From Eledone cirrhosa (taxonomy: Eukaryota), in assembly GCA_964016885.1 (NCBI GenBank), contig OZ024743.1, positions 362,452,001-362,516,000 on the forward strand: 64,000 nt of DNA, given 5' to 3'. A program made the position numbers and the translations under genes. The first letter of the stretch is position 1; every line of letters starts with the position of its first letter. This document shows positions 50,853-64,000 of the stretch, piece after piece. Under the pieces are notes generated by a model, which searched no databases, was not told the DNA's origin, and saw only the letters and a program-made list of their open reading frames with translations.

Positions 50853-51196
50853 TTTGTTTCTACTTTTGGCACAAGGCCAGCAATTATCCCAGTGTATTAC
50901 TGTTACCTTATTTTATCAACCCCGTAAGGATGAAAGGCAAAGTTAACCTCGGCGGGATTCGAACTCAAATAATAATTGTTTCTACTTCAGGCACAAGACC
51001 AGCAAATACCCAGTGCATTACTGGTACTTTATTTTATCGACCCCGTAAGGATGAAAGGCAAAGTTAACCTCGGCGGGATTCGAACTCAAATAATAATTGT
51101 TTCTACTTTAGGCACAAGGCCAGCAAATACCCAGTGCATTACTGGTACTTTATTTTATCGACCCCGTAAGGATGAAAGGCAAAGTCAACCTCGGCG
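50853..51196 (-). repeat. Head-to-tail trimer (~121-bp period) of SINE 3' halves
   Basis: gaactc recurs at 50961 and 51082; three near-identical core and tail units. Confidence 0.85.
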
Positions 51197-51489
51197 TACG
51201 ACCACCACTAGCAATACAACAAGCAAGTACAATCACCACGTCCAACCATCACTACCACAACCACAACCACAACCTCCACCACCTCTACTACCAATTCCTC
51301 CCCACCACCACTCCGCGGTAATTGGTCGTCGATCTATTTCGACGACCAATGACCACGGACTTTTCAACAGTATTGTTTGTGACGCGCATGGCTCTCCTCG
51401 CCTTCTTTTGTTATGTTGTCTAATTATCTTCTCCACGTGACAATTGTCTCGTGCTTTTATTTTGGTGTCTTCTACTCCAGGCCTGTCAG

Positions 51490-52215
51490 ACATGCCTCGG
51501 ACAGGCTAGCCCACCAGCTCGACCAGCACCACCCCGCAACCACACAGCGGTGCCTGGCTCAATACCTTACCTTCATTTTCGACTAGCACCAAACTGGATA
51601 ACAATAGCCTGCGAATCGAGGTCTGCGAGCCACACAAATGTCATTGCGGATTCACTGTTGAGTCTTTCGGCCTCCACCTACTGTCCTTCGCTACAGTGCC
51701 GGTCGTGTTTCACGCCATGCTGCTTTCAACGAGATCATAAAGCATGGCTTGGATGCTGCAGGCTTCCCCTCCCAGCTCGAGCCGGCAGTGCTAGACCAAG
51801 GGGACGGCAAAAGGCCAGACGACATAACCATCTTCCTGTTCCATGATGGTAAACGCCTCATCTGGGATGCCACGTACAGGGACACTTGCTCCAGCGGCAA
51901 CCTAGTGCAGTCTGCAACTAATCCAGGCTCAGCTGCACTTCAAGCTTAAGTGGGTAAACTCTCCAAGTAACGGTCACTCTCCCGCAGGTTTGCGGTCGAA
52001 CCCGTAGCAGTGGCGACTTCTGGTGTCCTTGGCCATAGGATTACCTCCCTATTCCCCACCATCGACACGGAGTTGGCTACCCGCAGTTATGAGCCTCGCG
52101 CACTGGAATGGCTCTTCCAACGCGTCTTCCTTACCTTCCTCCGGAGAAACGCCTTCTCTATTCTGTCCGTCAGGGTCGTGGGGTGGCCAATGCTGGCCCC
52201 CATTTGCTTGTAGTA
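51490..52215 (+). mobile_element. CRE-like RLE retrotransposon 3' fragment
   Basis: RH..FN, KRPD, GK.LIWDAT..DT and AVAT.G motifs of the CRE-type RLE; homologous to 46140-46459. Confidence 0.8.
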
Positions 52216-53767
52216 ATGAGAGATAGGGGGAGCGAGTGAGACAGAGGCAGTGAGTGAAAGTATTTTATCATATCTTATTTGGTGTATGATCATGGAAATA
52301 ATCAGTCTTTTGTGAGACTAAACTCAGCCAGTTGCAGACTGCGCATCAACATGAGATACTTTTCTCCTCAAAATTCGATCACCAGCAGTAGAGTTCAAAG
52401 AGCAAATATCAAGTCCAGTCCATAAGTTAACATTATCAAGCCGTCGTTTTGGCTGGCGGCCTCTGCTTTTCTTACCAGTCATAAATAATTAGTAGTGTAC
52501 ATTTAATAAAATTGTAAAATCAATCTCATTTTTCTCGGGTATAAATTTCATTACTTTCTACTTGCTGCTGTTGTTGTTGCTGCTGTTTAATTGTTGTTTT
52601 TTTTTGTTTGTTTTTTTGTCACTGTTGTTGTTGCTTTTGTTGTGATTTTGTTTGCAGCTACGAAAACTGCTGAATCATTCTTTAATGGTTCCTTTCTGTC
52701 CACTCTGCTACTTGTTTCAGCAGCTTCTAAAAATGCTGGCGCATCATTTTTGTTAGTCAAAGGACTGGCCATTTTTTTTTATTTTGGGGTAGATGGTAAC
52801 AAAATCCTAATTTAGAACGGACGTTTTAGTCTATTCCACGGTGATTACAGAGAAGATACTTCTCCGGCGTATAGAACACAACTCTATGTAATCGATTGCA
52901 TCAAAATTTTGTGACAATTGTCGACAAAAATATAACATTTAAAAACTCACCAGCAGTGAAAACAGCGTTGCATGATAAGGGGAAATATATTATGAACGTT
53001 ATGCATTCTCATTCCGTAATTTCTTTAAAAGATACACGTTTGTGTGGTGTCAACAAGAAAGCAGTATTGAAATGCGTTGTCAGTACGTTCAAATGTGGTG
53101 GGTGGCAGAATTGGTAGAACGTCAGATAAATTGTTTTATTAGGTCTTTCCATTCTGAGTTCAAATCTCCCCGGTGTCAATTTTTTATCATTCTGTGGTCA
53201 ATAAAATAAAGAATTGGCTAAATACTGGAGTTCATATAATTGACTGTAATCTTTCCCCCAAAATTCAGATTTTGTGCCTATGTTAATAAGAATATGACTT
53301 GATAGTATGTACCCTGCTTTCGGTAAGAGTGTTAGATGCCCACACAGTTGCGATCTGATTCAGACACCTTTCCAGTGGTTCTCGGTGGAATTTGAAGTTA
53401 GAATGCAGAGAGACGTGAGAAATAACAAATGCTGTAACGACTTTGCGAAATATAGCTACTAATGTTAGAAATCAATATGAACTCTTTCTACCTTATTTCT
53501 CACGAATGACTCTGACAGTGATTTTCAAATAATTTTGAAAATAATGAAAAAAATTCGGAAGGATTTAACTCGCTAAATATTAGGCTGGTGTTTGGAACAC
53601 AACTTAAAGAAAATTATGATGCAAGGTAATTGGATGAATACAAACACACTAAAACAGACAGCATTGTGTCATGTACACATTACAAGTAAAACAATCACAT
53701 TCAGGTGTGTGTGTGACCACCTATTATGTAACAGTAATGTGAAAAAGAGTGCATACAATTCAAGGTT

Positions 53768-54005
53768 TTCTTCTTCTTCTTCTTCTTCTTCTTCTTCTTC
53801 TTCTTCTTCTTCTTCTTCTTCTTCTTCTTCTTCTTCTTCTTCTTCTTCTTCTTCTTCTTCTTCTTCTTCTTCTTTCTGAGAGGATCTTGTGAGCAGAGTC
53901 CTAAAACACTCCTTCGAGCAGGTCCTGCCAGAAGCAACCGCCTCCAACTAATCCAGCTGGATCTCCAAGCGAGACCAACCAAGCTCATGGATATTATCCA
54001 TCCAT
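53768..54005 (-). mobile_element. RTE 3' end with a long (GAA)n tail
   Basis: 53877-54005 matches the RTE 3' end at 18680-18810; (TTC)n at 53768-53876 sits at the tail position. Confidence 0.7.
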
Positions 54006-54017
54006 CTTACTTCTTCT

Positions 54018-54177
<160 letters not shown>

Positions 54178-54646
54178 GTAGGAAGAGTATTCGACGTATA
54201 ATTCATTTACCACACTGTATCTGAAAGACTAGCGGAGAACATATCTACTTTAATTTTAATATAGTCAATCTTTTTTTCATATTACTTCCATTTGTGGTAG
54301 CTTGATTAGAATAATGTCCTGCTGTACCTCACCAGTGTCGTCATTGTTGTTGTCGTCGTTGCAAGAACCCACTGAGACTCTGCTAAAGTATTTAAACGGT
54401 CTGTTTACCCAAGACTTTGCTATGCAACAATCTGGAAATATCTTGAGCTACGTAGATGGGATGAGATGAGATGTAATGGCTATGAAATGTAATGGATGAC
54501 ATAGCTTGGTTTAGAAATCTCTAGAGATCGCGTGAGTTGACGTCAGACTACATGTCCGCTCAATGTTTCACCCTTCAGAATTGACCACATATTTTTCTCG
54601 GGATTCACAAGTTTACTGTGTAGATAAATTATTTACTTGCTAATAA

Positions 54647-54700
54647 ATGACAGATGGGTGAGAGTAAAATGCCAAGAATGTTCAAGCACACACACACACA

Positions 54701-54732
<32 letters not shown>

Positions 54733-54743
54733 TACACACATGC

Positions 54744-54836
<93 letters not shown>

Positions 54837-54874
54837 TGAACATTCTTGGCATTTTTCTCTCACCAATCTGTCAT
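54647..54874. repeat. Fold-back palindrome: unique arm-(CA)n-(TA)n-(TG)n-inverted arm
   Basis: atgacagatgggtgagagtaaaatgccaagaatgttcaagc versus gcttgaacattcttggcatttttctctcaccaatctgtcat, 2 mismatches. Confidence 0.9.
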
Positions 54875-56449
54875 CTGTGTGTGTATGTGTATGCATGCGT
54901 GTGTCTCTGTGTGTGTGTGTGTGTGTATACACACACGCACACCATATATGTTAGTTTGTTTACGAATGGGTAGAACTGTTTGTTCCGGTTAGTAAACGAT
55001 GATGCATAAAGTAAAACACTCAATGTTATACAAATCATCCATCGTAGATGTGGTATCACGTGACTGGTGCAGGAACAGAGTTAAGTATGCATTAAAAACA
55101 ACAGGAGGCCTGATTGGAAATTTGCTTTGAATTTTAATTACACGAAAACACTATACATATTTCGATGGCCCAGCTTTATGATCCGATCATGATGCAAGGC
55201 TTAATCAATTTTATCAGGTGTTAATTACAGAATTAGTTCCATAAGACAACAAAAAATAGAAAATAGAGGACCTATTCGATTCGGGGATCGCCTGCCAAAT
55301 CAGTGTTATAGCAGTGGCAGACGATCACCGATATTTATAAACCTGACACAGACAATTCAATTAATGACGAATGCAAAGAACTAGCTAGAAATCTAAAACT
55401 GATAATAGACTAAAAATATTAGCTAAGTGATGCTTTTATTACTCTGAAGGATCACAGATAGGATTTACAACAGGCCATCCTGCAGGCTCACACACCCAGC
55501 TAGATCAGAATTGGGCCTAGCTGGTAAGAAGATTTTACAGAAAACCAACAAAATTTAATAGAAACTATATTTCAACCATATATATTTTTATATATTTTTA
55601 TATTTGTATATCTGTTTGACCCGAATTAGCGGTCAATTTTTCGCTGTGCGGATGATTAGTTTAACCACCATCTCAGTGTGTTTGGCCTTTAACGTAAGTT
55701 GTAGCTCTAATTCATATGAATTATCGAGCGCTTGCCACACAACTCGGAAGTGTTTTTCGTTAATTCCTGAGCTGAAATTCGATTCTCGCTAATTTTTACT
55801 TATATATATATATATATGTATATTGTGTATATATTGGTCAGGTCAGGCTTCAGCCTGCTTCAGGTACCATGTAAACCAGTACAACTTTCTTCGTGGTCGA
55901 GTGATCGGTCAGTAAACTGTCTTCCCAGCAGACTCGAAGGTAAGTGGAACTCCAACTGCACAAAAAACAAGAGCAATTATAAGAACGGATGAACTCCTTA
56001 AAGTCAACGGCCATCCACGCCAACTATGGGTTAAATAGTCTCACCAATCCGCAATTGGTCAAGCATGGTGAGTGACGGCTACACCCTTCATATGACCAAA
56101 ACCAAACAGAAAGCGGCGGAGGTTAACCAGGGAGGGGTTTCCTCCAACAGGAGTGAGAAGTTCCTAGATTGAATCGAAAACTACTATCAGTATTCCCTAC
56201 CCAACTGTAATTTAATATATTCAACTATCAATTTGTTTTGCTCAGTTGCTATTTTGTAATAATCTCCAATTGTTTCGTTAATCATTATGCCCTCCTCCCC
56301 ACCAAAAAGACAGAAAGAAATGTTTTGGTATTCTATTATAATTCCATTCACTTCTAAGTTGTATGATAGGAATATAAATCAAACCAATAAATATAAATAC
56401 TTATAAAGTGGTCGATTTGGTAAAGTCGTCAGAAATGTTTTTTGTAGGG

Positions 56450-56622
56450 GCAGTCAATTAAATCGACCTCAGTGGATCACTGGTGCTTTATTTTATTAAT
56501 CCCGAAAAGATGAAAGGCAAAGCTAACCTCGGCGGAATTTGAACTTAGAACATAATGGACCGTAACTCTGTGCCGTAAAGCATATTATACGACGCTTTAC
56601 CAATACTGCCAATCCACCGCCC
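56450..56622 (-). mobile_element. tRNA-derived SINE
   Basis: Head ggggcggtggattggcagtattggt plus core. Confidence 0.7.
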
Positions 56623-56635
56623 CATCTCTCTCTGC

Positions 56636-56709
<74 letters not shown>

Positions 56710-57265
56710 ATATATATGTATATATATACATACATATATGTATATATATATATTTATACATATATATATATATATATACAAACACACATAGATTACAGTT
56801 ATTGTATTCAGCCATGTAGAGCGATAAACTATTTGTTAGTTATTTGAATATGACAAAGCCGGCCATTAATCGCTCGAATACATGAAACTGACTGGCCTAT
56901 CGCTGATATGCAAGTCTGGTTGATCCGTGGGTCTGCTAACATGCAGATTTAACTGATCAGAACGTCTGCTAATATGCAAATCAGGCCGATAAGTCACTGT
57001 ATATTTTAGCAAATATATATTTTCACTAGCTCTGACAGTTGGCAGGTGAGCAGTATACTGTACTGATGAAGGATAATCACCCAGAAACATTAATGCAGTT
57101 CTGTTTGCATTCCGACACAAGAGCAAGAATAACGAGGTCATTCTACTGACATGGCTTAGAGAGGTTGTTTGCATAATTGCAAACGAATCGAATATTATCA
57201 TTAATATTCGAAAAACTCAGATTACATTTATTGTATCCAGCCATATAGAACGCTAAAATATTTGT

Positions 57266-57321
<56 letters not shown>

Positions 57322-57341
57322 GTGAGAGAGAGAAAGAGAAA

Positions 57342-57394
<53 letters not shown>

Positions 57395-57865
57395 ACAGGA
57401 ATAAATAGATAGATATATTAAGATAGATAAGTAAATAGATAGGTAGATAGACAAATTTAAACAATAAGAGACATTTTCAATCCCACCACCAGTCTTTCTA
57501 TCTTGTAACAAATAATTTTCTATATTTGCCCCATAAATCCTCACATCCTTCATCTGTTTGTAATGATTGCATGCCTGATAATTTCAACAACCTGGTTTCT
57601 TGGTGCACAATGTTTCCTTCTAATTAATAACATATACTACAGTCAAGGCCACGGTAGTGACGGGCTGGTCTGCTTCGGGCATTACTGATAATAATAGCTG
57701 AATTGCGACATCACATCCTTTGATATGACGTTACACTTCCTCATTCCTCCTCTTTTAGAAGTTGGTCATAGAAGTCTTAACACTACGAACACACGCACAC
57801 ATACGCACACACAGGGACACACAGAGACGCACACAAACACGTACACATACATACACACACACACA

Positions 57866-58232
57866 TGATGGCTGCCCCCTAGTTATCGAGTATGGCCACT
57901 GCACGATATAACATTATTAATAATAATCAATTAATGCTATAGTGCAATGCCTGTGCCTAAAGATTTTTTTAAAGTGAGGAAAGACTGTGCACTGAGCCAA
58001 TCCCACTCTCTGAGCGACAGTAACTGTAACCCCAAAAAGAAGAAAAGATCAACATCATCGGTAACTACTGAGCCGTAGGTTTTATGTGGGAGTTATCCCA
58101 GTTTCCTGAGTTGCTTTCTGCTACAAGAATGCCCTGACAAAGGCTAGGTGTCCTTCACTCCAGTGGTTTAACCACGCGATCGTGTATCCAACCCAATTAT
58201 TTCTGTCCCCGCGCATAAACATACACATGCAC

Positions 58233-58326
<94 letters not shown>

Positions 58327-58530
58327 GTAAATACATATTTACACATTTTTTTGATAGCCATTGATTCTTATGAGTTCTCCTGCCCTTTTCAGATTTTGCT
58401 TTTTGTCCTGCAGGGTGTCCAAAATCACCCTCCTCCCCAAGCAAACTTGCCGGTTTAGTCGCTGACGACCCGACCATGCGACAGGTTGTACTGGGTTAAA
58501 TGTTACCAGTAAGCACTCAAGAGTGACCCG
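57866..58530 (-). mobile_element. Second copy of the bipartite RTE-derived element, with an internal (TA)n
   Basis: Shares blocks with 25222-25775 (gcgactaaac.ggcaa, gaggagggtga.tttgga, gatgttga, gagagtggga.tggct, gcacaggcattgc, ggcc.tactcga). Confidence 0.6.
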
Positions 58531-58536
58531 ACACAC

Positions 58537-58610
58537 ACATACATACATACATACATACATACATACATACATACATACATACATACATACATACATACAT
58601 ACATACATAC
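58537..58610. repeat. (CATA)n microsatellite at the 5' flank of the R4-like element
   Basis: Read directly. Confidence 0.95.
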
Positions 58611-60330
58611 AAAGGATATAGGAATGGAGTTTGGCCAAGATAAATGCTCATACATGACTGTAAAGCGGGGAAAAACAACAACCCAATCTAGCAACATTGT
58701 CATCAATGGCCTAACTGTTTCACCGATATCTGATGATGACTGCTACAGATACCTGGGGATAGATGAGAACATATCCTATAGTGGTATCTGTAATAAAGAA
58801 CGCGTAACCAGGGAAGACTATACCCGATTAAGAACGATCTGGTCATCGGAACTCTCTGCGCAAAACAAAACAATGGCTCACAATGTGTTTGCTGTGCCTG
58901 TCCTAACACCAACGTTTGGAATACTCAATTGGACTATAGACGAAATCCGAGCAGTTGATGTTGGAACTCGAAAAATACTGAACAACACCGGAAACTTCCA
59001 CATCAACAGTGACATAGACCGCCTTTACTTGAAACGTAAGCAGGGAGGCAGAGGCCTAACATCAGTCCAGACAACATTTGAATGTCGCATCATATCTCTC
59101 CGACCACATCTGCGAACCTCGAAGCGTAGGAGCCCGTTTCTTGAGCAAGTCTATCTGCATGAAACAGATAAGATCATGAGAGTTGGGAAGGAACTCCTCG
59201 AGAGATATTCCCTGTGTGATAATCAAAAACTCACACCCAGGGATGTCGCTCAGCAGTATCGCAGTGAATCCATGGATGAAAAACTGCATGCCTATCAGCA
59301 AAAAATCATGCATGGATATGTTGCCAGGAAGCTCCAGAGTGAGAGTAATATAGATAAGGAAAGTAGTCTATCTTGGACCAACAACCGCTATATTGGCTCC
59401 CACTTTGAAGGATACGCATTTACAATCCAAGAACAGAAGATTAGCACGAAATACCTGATTCACAAAAGAGATAGGGATGCAGGCAAAACACCTAGATGTG
59501 ATAACAAGTGCAGACTCTGCAGAACTAACATCGTGGATATCACCCATGTCATCAGCGGCTGTCCAAAGATGTCATCGCGGTACTATCTACCTATGAGGCA
59601 TGATGTAGTGGCCAAAATACTGTACAATGCAGTTCGTAAAAAAGATAGCCCCGATAATAAACACATTAAAAGCTACAGCAATGTGGAAGACATCCCTGTA
59701 CATAATATGAAAGAGTACTGGTGGAATGTTCCAGTAAAAACCCAAATAAAATGCAGACATAACAGACCAGATATTATGATATGGGACAGGGAGAAGAAAG
59801 CATGCACAGTAGTGAAATTAGTTGCCCAGCAGATGCCAATATATCAAAGATTAGTGAAAAGGAGAATATTTATGCAGAACTGATGAGAAATCTGCAGATA
59901 CTCCACTCTGATTACACCTTCAGATTTATGACTGTGATTATTGGGGCACTGGGATATATTAGTAACTGCCCCAATACAAATCTTGAGAAGCTGGGCTTCA
60001 CAGGAACAGAAAGAACACAACTAGTTAGGAAATTACAAGTACAATCCATTAATGGAACAGTAAAAATATGTAAGACATTCCAAACATTTTGCATCTAATA
60101 ACTGCATATACACATATACAGATGCAAAGCATATATACATGCACACATACAACTCAAAACATACATATCCACACATACAATAACATCCATATCTACACAT
60201 GCATGCATACATACATATCTACCTAGTTGATGTTGTGTAAATTCCAATGAGAGAGTCTTGTGTCTATGTTAGAAACCGACTCTCTCTCTCTATTGGTAAA
60301 ACTTTGTGAAACTATAAAACGAGAAGAACA
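58611..60330 (+). mobile_element. 5'-truncated R4/Dong-like RLE non-LTR retrotransposon
   Basis: RT C-terminus (YRYLG, RLY..RKQGGRGL), CRLC...H...C zinc finger, RHD and RPDI motifs of the restriction-like endonuclease; one frameshift near 59810; 3' UTR runs into (CATA)n. Confidence 0.85.
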
Positions 60331-60610
60331 TACATACATACATACATACATACATACATACATACATACATACATACATACATACATACATACATACATA
60401 GTACACACATACATACATACATACATACATAGTACATACATACATACATACATACATACATACATACATAGTACATACATACATACATACATACATACAT
60501 ACATACATACATAATACATACATACATACATACATACATACATACATACATACATACATACATACTTACATACATACATACATACACACACATACATATA
60601 CACACATACA
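60329..60610. repeat. (CATA)n microsatellite at the 3' flank of the R4-like element
   Basis: Read directly. Confidence 0.95.
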
Positions 60611-62133
60611 TAGTATAAGCCAACTTGCGTTCGAGTACAACCACACTTCTTAGACAAAAATAGATAAATAGATAAAACAGACATTAGCAAAAATGTGTTA
60701 TTGATGATGCTGTCACTGTTGTTGCTTTAGATGGCTCATCTGACCATTAAGTGACTTGCATGTTATTACACACAGGATGCGGTTAAGTTTTTCGCCTGCT
60801 TGAATTTGATGGGCGTGGCATGGTTTACGGTGCCGTGTTAGACCACTTGAAGAGTGAAACTTTGATACAGATGACCCATGAAAAATGATGGTGTATGGGT
60901 TCTCAAATGTGTTATTTCCATGAGCATGACGCCTACTATGAGTTAGTAGCCCAGTCTTAGATATGCATACACGCCTGCATCCCTCTCAGGCAATATTCTC
61001 CTTCAAACTCGTTCTGGGAGCAGATTAATATCACCCATATATTTATATACTTAATTCACTTCTGCAAAGGCCCTTCTCTTCTGTTCAAATTCCTTAACAC
61101 AGGTTGCAATCAGATTTCGCTACTCGGCTCTGTCTGTTGCAAGATTTTCCCAGTTTCGGTGTTGACGTTGATTTTCTGTAAAGAATCTTTCAGACAGTGT
61201 TTAAAGTAAATGTGTGGCTTGCACTCCAGCTGTTTGCTTAGCAACATCTCTTCATACAATATTTTTTTGGGGAGTCTTCTGTCCTCTAGATATACTATGT
61301 GACCTAACCAGCGGTGATCACTTTTGTCAGCAGAAAGAAGATAACGTATCAGTGCAGTAAATGTTTTTGATGTAGCAAGGGATCGTTAGATAGTTGTCAC
61401 AAGCATCATTGGGTCCCTTCTTGAAGGAGATGAAAATGGCATCCTTCCAGTCCTATGGGTTTACATCCTTCAGCCGCACAGGGAGGTATATGTTATGCAA
61501 CAGATGTTATGCAACAAATGTTGCACTTTTTCAGCCACTATACTATCTTTCTCAGGTGCTTTGCCAGTGTTCATTTCTCTCTGTAGTCTCTTCCAATGTG
61601 GAAGGATCGTGAAGCTCGTTAATGACGGGAGCTTGTTCCATGGCTTCAATCTCGTCAGGATTGACGTGAGATGCGTGACTTAGGAGATCATTATAGGCTT
61701 ACGCAACATTTCGTTTCCATTCTTTGACCATTTCAATTCTTTGCTGGACACGCACACTTGATAAAGCCTCCAAGTTTAAAATGGAAATCAGTGCCGAAAT
61801 TACCAAACACATGACAAATACCAATGGTATCATCACCAAAGACAACTGTGCAAGGAAAAACATAGAGACAGTGCAACAGTTTAAATACTTACGGAGCGTG
61901 GTCATTAAGGATAAAGGATCAAGACTAGATACCCGACAAGAAATATGCAGGCTGTGACTGCATCAATTTCAAACAAATATGGAAAAGAAATTAAAGAATG
62001 GTCAGGCAAATCATTACTGGAGACACGAGATCTGGCATGCGATTACGACAGATGGAGAGTACTGGTGCACAGCCTTTCTGGAATTAAGGGCATACGATAT
62101 GATATATGATATATGTATATATAGTATATATAT

Positions 62134-62189
<56 letters not shown>

Positions 62190-62996
62190 GTGTATGTGTG
62201 TGTGTGTGTGTGTTTAAGTGTGTATATATCCACGAAATTTGGACAAGTCCAGGCTATAAAAGTACTCTACCTGGCTTCTCGGTATTTGAACGCCTCCAAA
62301 TGTAGTTCCATTCTTGAAATTGTGAGTAGTAATAACCAGGTAAGATGTGATTTGAGGGGAATTTGGTTACTATATCTAGGAAGGTAAGCAACCATGTTGA
62401 GGCGCCCTCGTTTGCTTGTCTTAGTTGTTGTTAAACCCCAAGTTAAACCTCATTAAGCAGACCTAAAATCCTTGTTGTTCATGTTTTGTTTCATGTCAAC
62501 GCTGATCAAGCAATCCTATGATGAGAAGCAGGCAGTTTCTCCTATCCTTAGACATCCCATATTTTACCCCAACCCTCTAATTTAAAAAATATCCATCGTT
62601 TTCTTTTATTTCCAACATTATGTACGTAGAACTACATTATCTAATGTGGCCTTCCCTTTTTAATGCAATAGGATATGGTTGCGTGTAGGACAGAGGGATT
62701 TGATTGCTATTTGTAGGAGGCCGTTTGATTGCGTTGTGGCTATTTCATTGGCTTGTGTGACCTTTCTTAGTAGAATAAAATTGAAACGTTCACAGCAACT
62801 GTTGGGAAAATAATTGTGTAATGTATAACTGTACCCTGAAGACGGTCAGTAAGGTTGAAAATGTCTGGTGTTGTTTCCCGAGTTTGCCAAAATAATTTAA
62901 ATACTATTATTCATCATTCAGTTTTATTGCTGCATATGCATTTCTAATGAGATTTTTTTAAATGCTCACTGCATCAAATCTGTATCATGTAAGTGT

Positions 62997-63175
62997 GGGC
63001 GGTGGATTGGCAGTATCGGTAGAGGATCGGACGCCATGCTTTGCAGCATAGAGTTACCTCTCTTTAATCCCACCGAGGTTAATTTTGCCTTTCATCCTTA
63101 CAGGGTCGATAAAATAAAGTACCAGTAATACACTGGGTAATTGCTGGCCTTGTGCCAAAAGTAGAAACAATTATT
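62997..63175 (+). mobile_element. tRNA-derived SINE
   Basis: Full head, core and tail; B box partly deleted. Confidence 0.8.
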
Positions 63176-63528
63176 TAAGTATATTGTTAACTTCCATAGG
63201 GGAATTACTTGAATGATTTATGGTATTTAATTCACTTTGACGTTCAGATTTAAAATCTTTCTTTTCATTCCCTGTTCCTTGGGTCCTAGCGTATGAGATT
63301 TAGTTGTTTTTTTTTTTTCTGTAGATGTAGTTATAAAGTTATAAACCGTGTTGGACATTACACTATACTTTAAATGTGTAGGAAAAATAAAAATAAAAAC
63401 ATCTGCTATAGAAAACAAGTGACAGTTGGCTGAGATGAATTACATCAGACAAATTATTTAACTATGGACTATGTATATATATAGAGAGATAGATCAAAAC
63501 ACTATTGTTTGACAGCCATTATGTCGAA

Positions 63529-63600
63529 GGCCCTGTGGCGCAACGGTAGCGCGTCTGACTCCAGATCAGAAGGCTGCGTGTTCGAATCACGTCGGGGTCA
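63529..63600 (+). tRNA. trnW-CCA: tRNA-Trp (anticodon CCA)
   Basis: 72-nt cloverleaf; acceptor GGCCCTG/CGGGGTC; A box TGGCGCAACGG; anticodon CCA at 63561-63563; B box GTTCGAATC; matches the metazoan tRNA-Trp pattern. Confidence 0.97.
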
Positions 63601-63604
63601 AACA

Positions 63605-63620
63605 TTTTTTTCTTTTTTTT
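63605..63620 (+). terminator. Pol III oligo-T terminator of tRNA-Trp
   Basis: Runs of 7-8 T starting 4 nt after the discriminator base. Confidence 0.8.
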
Positions 63621-64000
63621 TCTAATAGTATAGTTTATTTAAAACGTTGTAATATTGTGTTTAAAATGATTAAGAAATCCATTACAGTACAAATTGAAAA
63701 CAGAGTGAAAAGGAAAGGTGAAGTTTAGAGTTTTACCATATATTTACATATATCAACTTCTAACGGATATTTCAAAAACAGTAGGGAGATTGAGCTTAGC
63801 TCAGACTTTTGCAAGGATGAGTATTTTGTTGTTTTACTTTTCTCAGAATGTAAAAATGATTTGGACGTTATAATTTAATAGTAAAAGTATACAATAATGA
63901 AAATATCAAAATAAAATTTAAATAGTAAACAGAGAAAAGAGAAAAAAGGGTGACAAACAAATAATAAAACGAAAGGTGGTAGGAAGGGAGAAAACTCCAC

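Noticed and set aside
52587-52772. 61-aa ATG ORF (MASPLTNKND...) as the first exon of a second gene
   Set aside because: No recognisable domain, ends in low-complexity sequence, and has no convincing donor or further exons.
57500-57553. GANIENYLL peptide resembling the myosin GA.IE.YLLEKSR motif
   Set aside because: EKSR is absent, there are no flanking myosin exons or splice sites, and the ORF runs into microsatellites.

Overview
AT-rich, repeat-dense animal genomic DNA. The SINE/LINE/microsatellite content fits an octopus best; this is inferred, not proven. There is one protein-coding gene: a 9-exon minus-strand ACBD5 orthologue (CDS 34487->1481, 550 aa by my manual splice). It has an acyl-CoA-binding domain, an FFAT motif, a coiled coil and a C-terminal tail anchor. 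An intact tRNA-Trp(CCA) lies at 63529-63600. The rest is mobile DNA: two tail-to-tail Tx1/L1-clade LINEs, R4/Dong-like and CRE-like RLE retrotransposons, RTE fragments, tRNA-derived SINEs (three with clear TSDs), MITEs, a solo LTR and many microsatellites. Four observations stand out. (1) Both Tx1 copies have a perfect AG|GTAAGT donor on the ORF1 stop, and a YAG acceptor coincides with the ORF2 stop, so ORF2 may be a spliceable intron. (2) A 1.67-kb LTR-derived element is bounded by two identical inverted 73-bp U5 ends and a 4-bp TSD. (3) A decayed RAG1/Transib-like transposase is missing from the ORF track. (4) A CRE-like element shows twin-priming geometry. All calls come from manual reading; repeat boundaries are approximate and family names need database confirmation.
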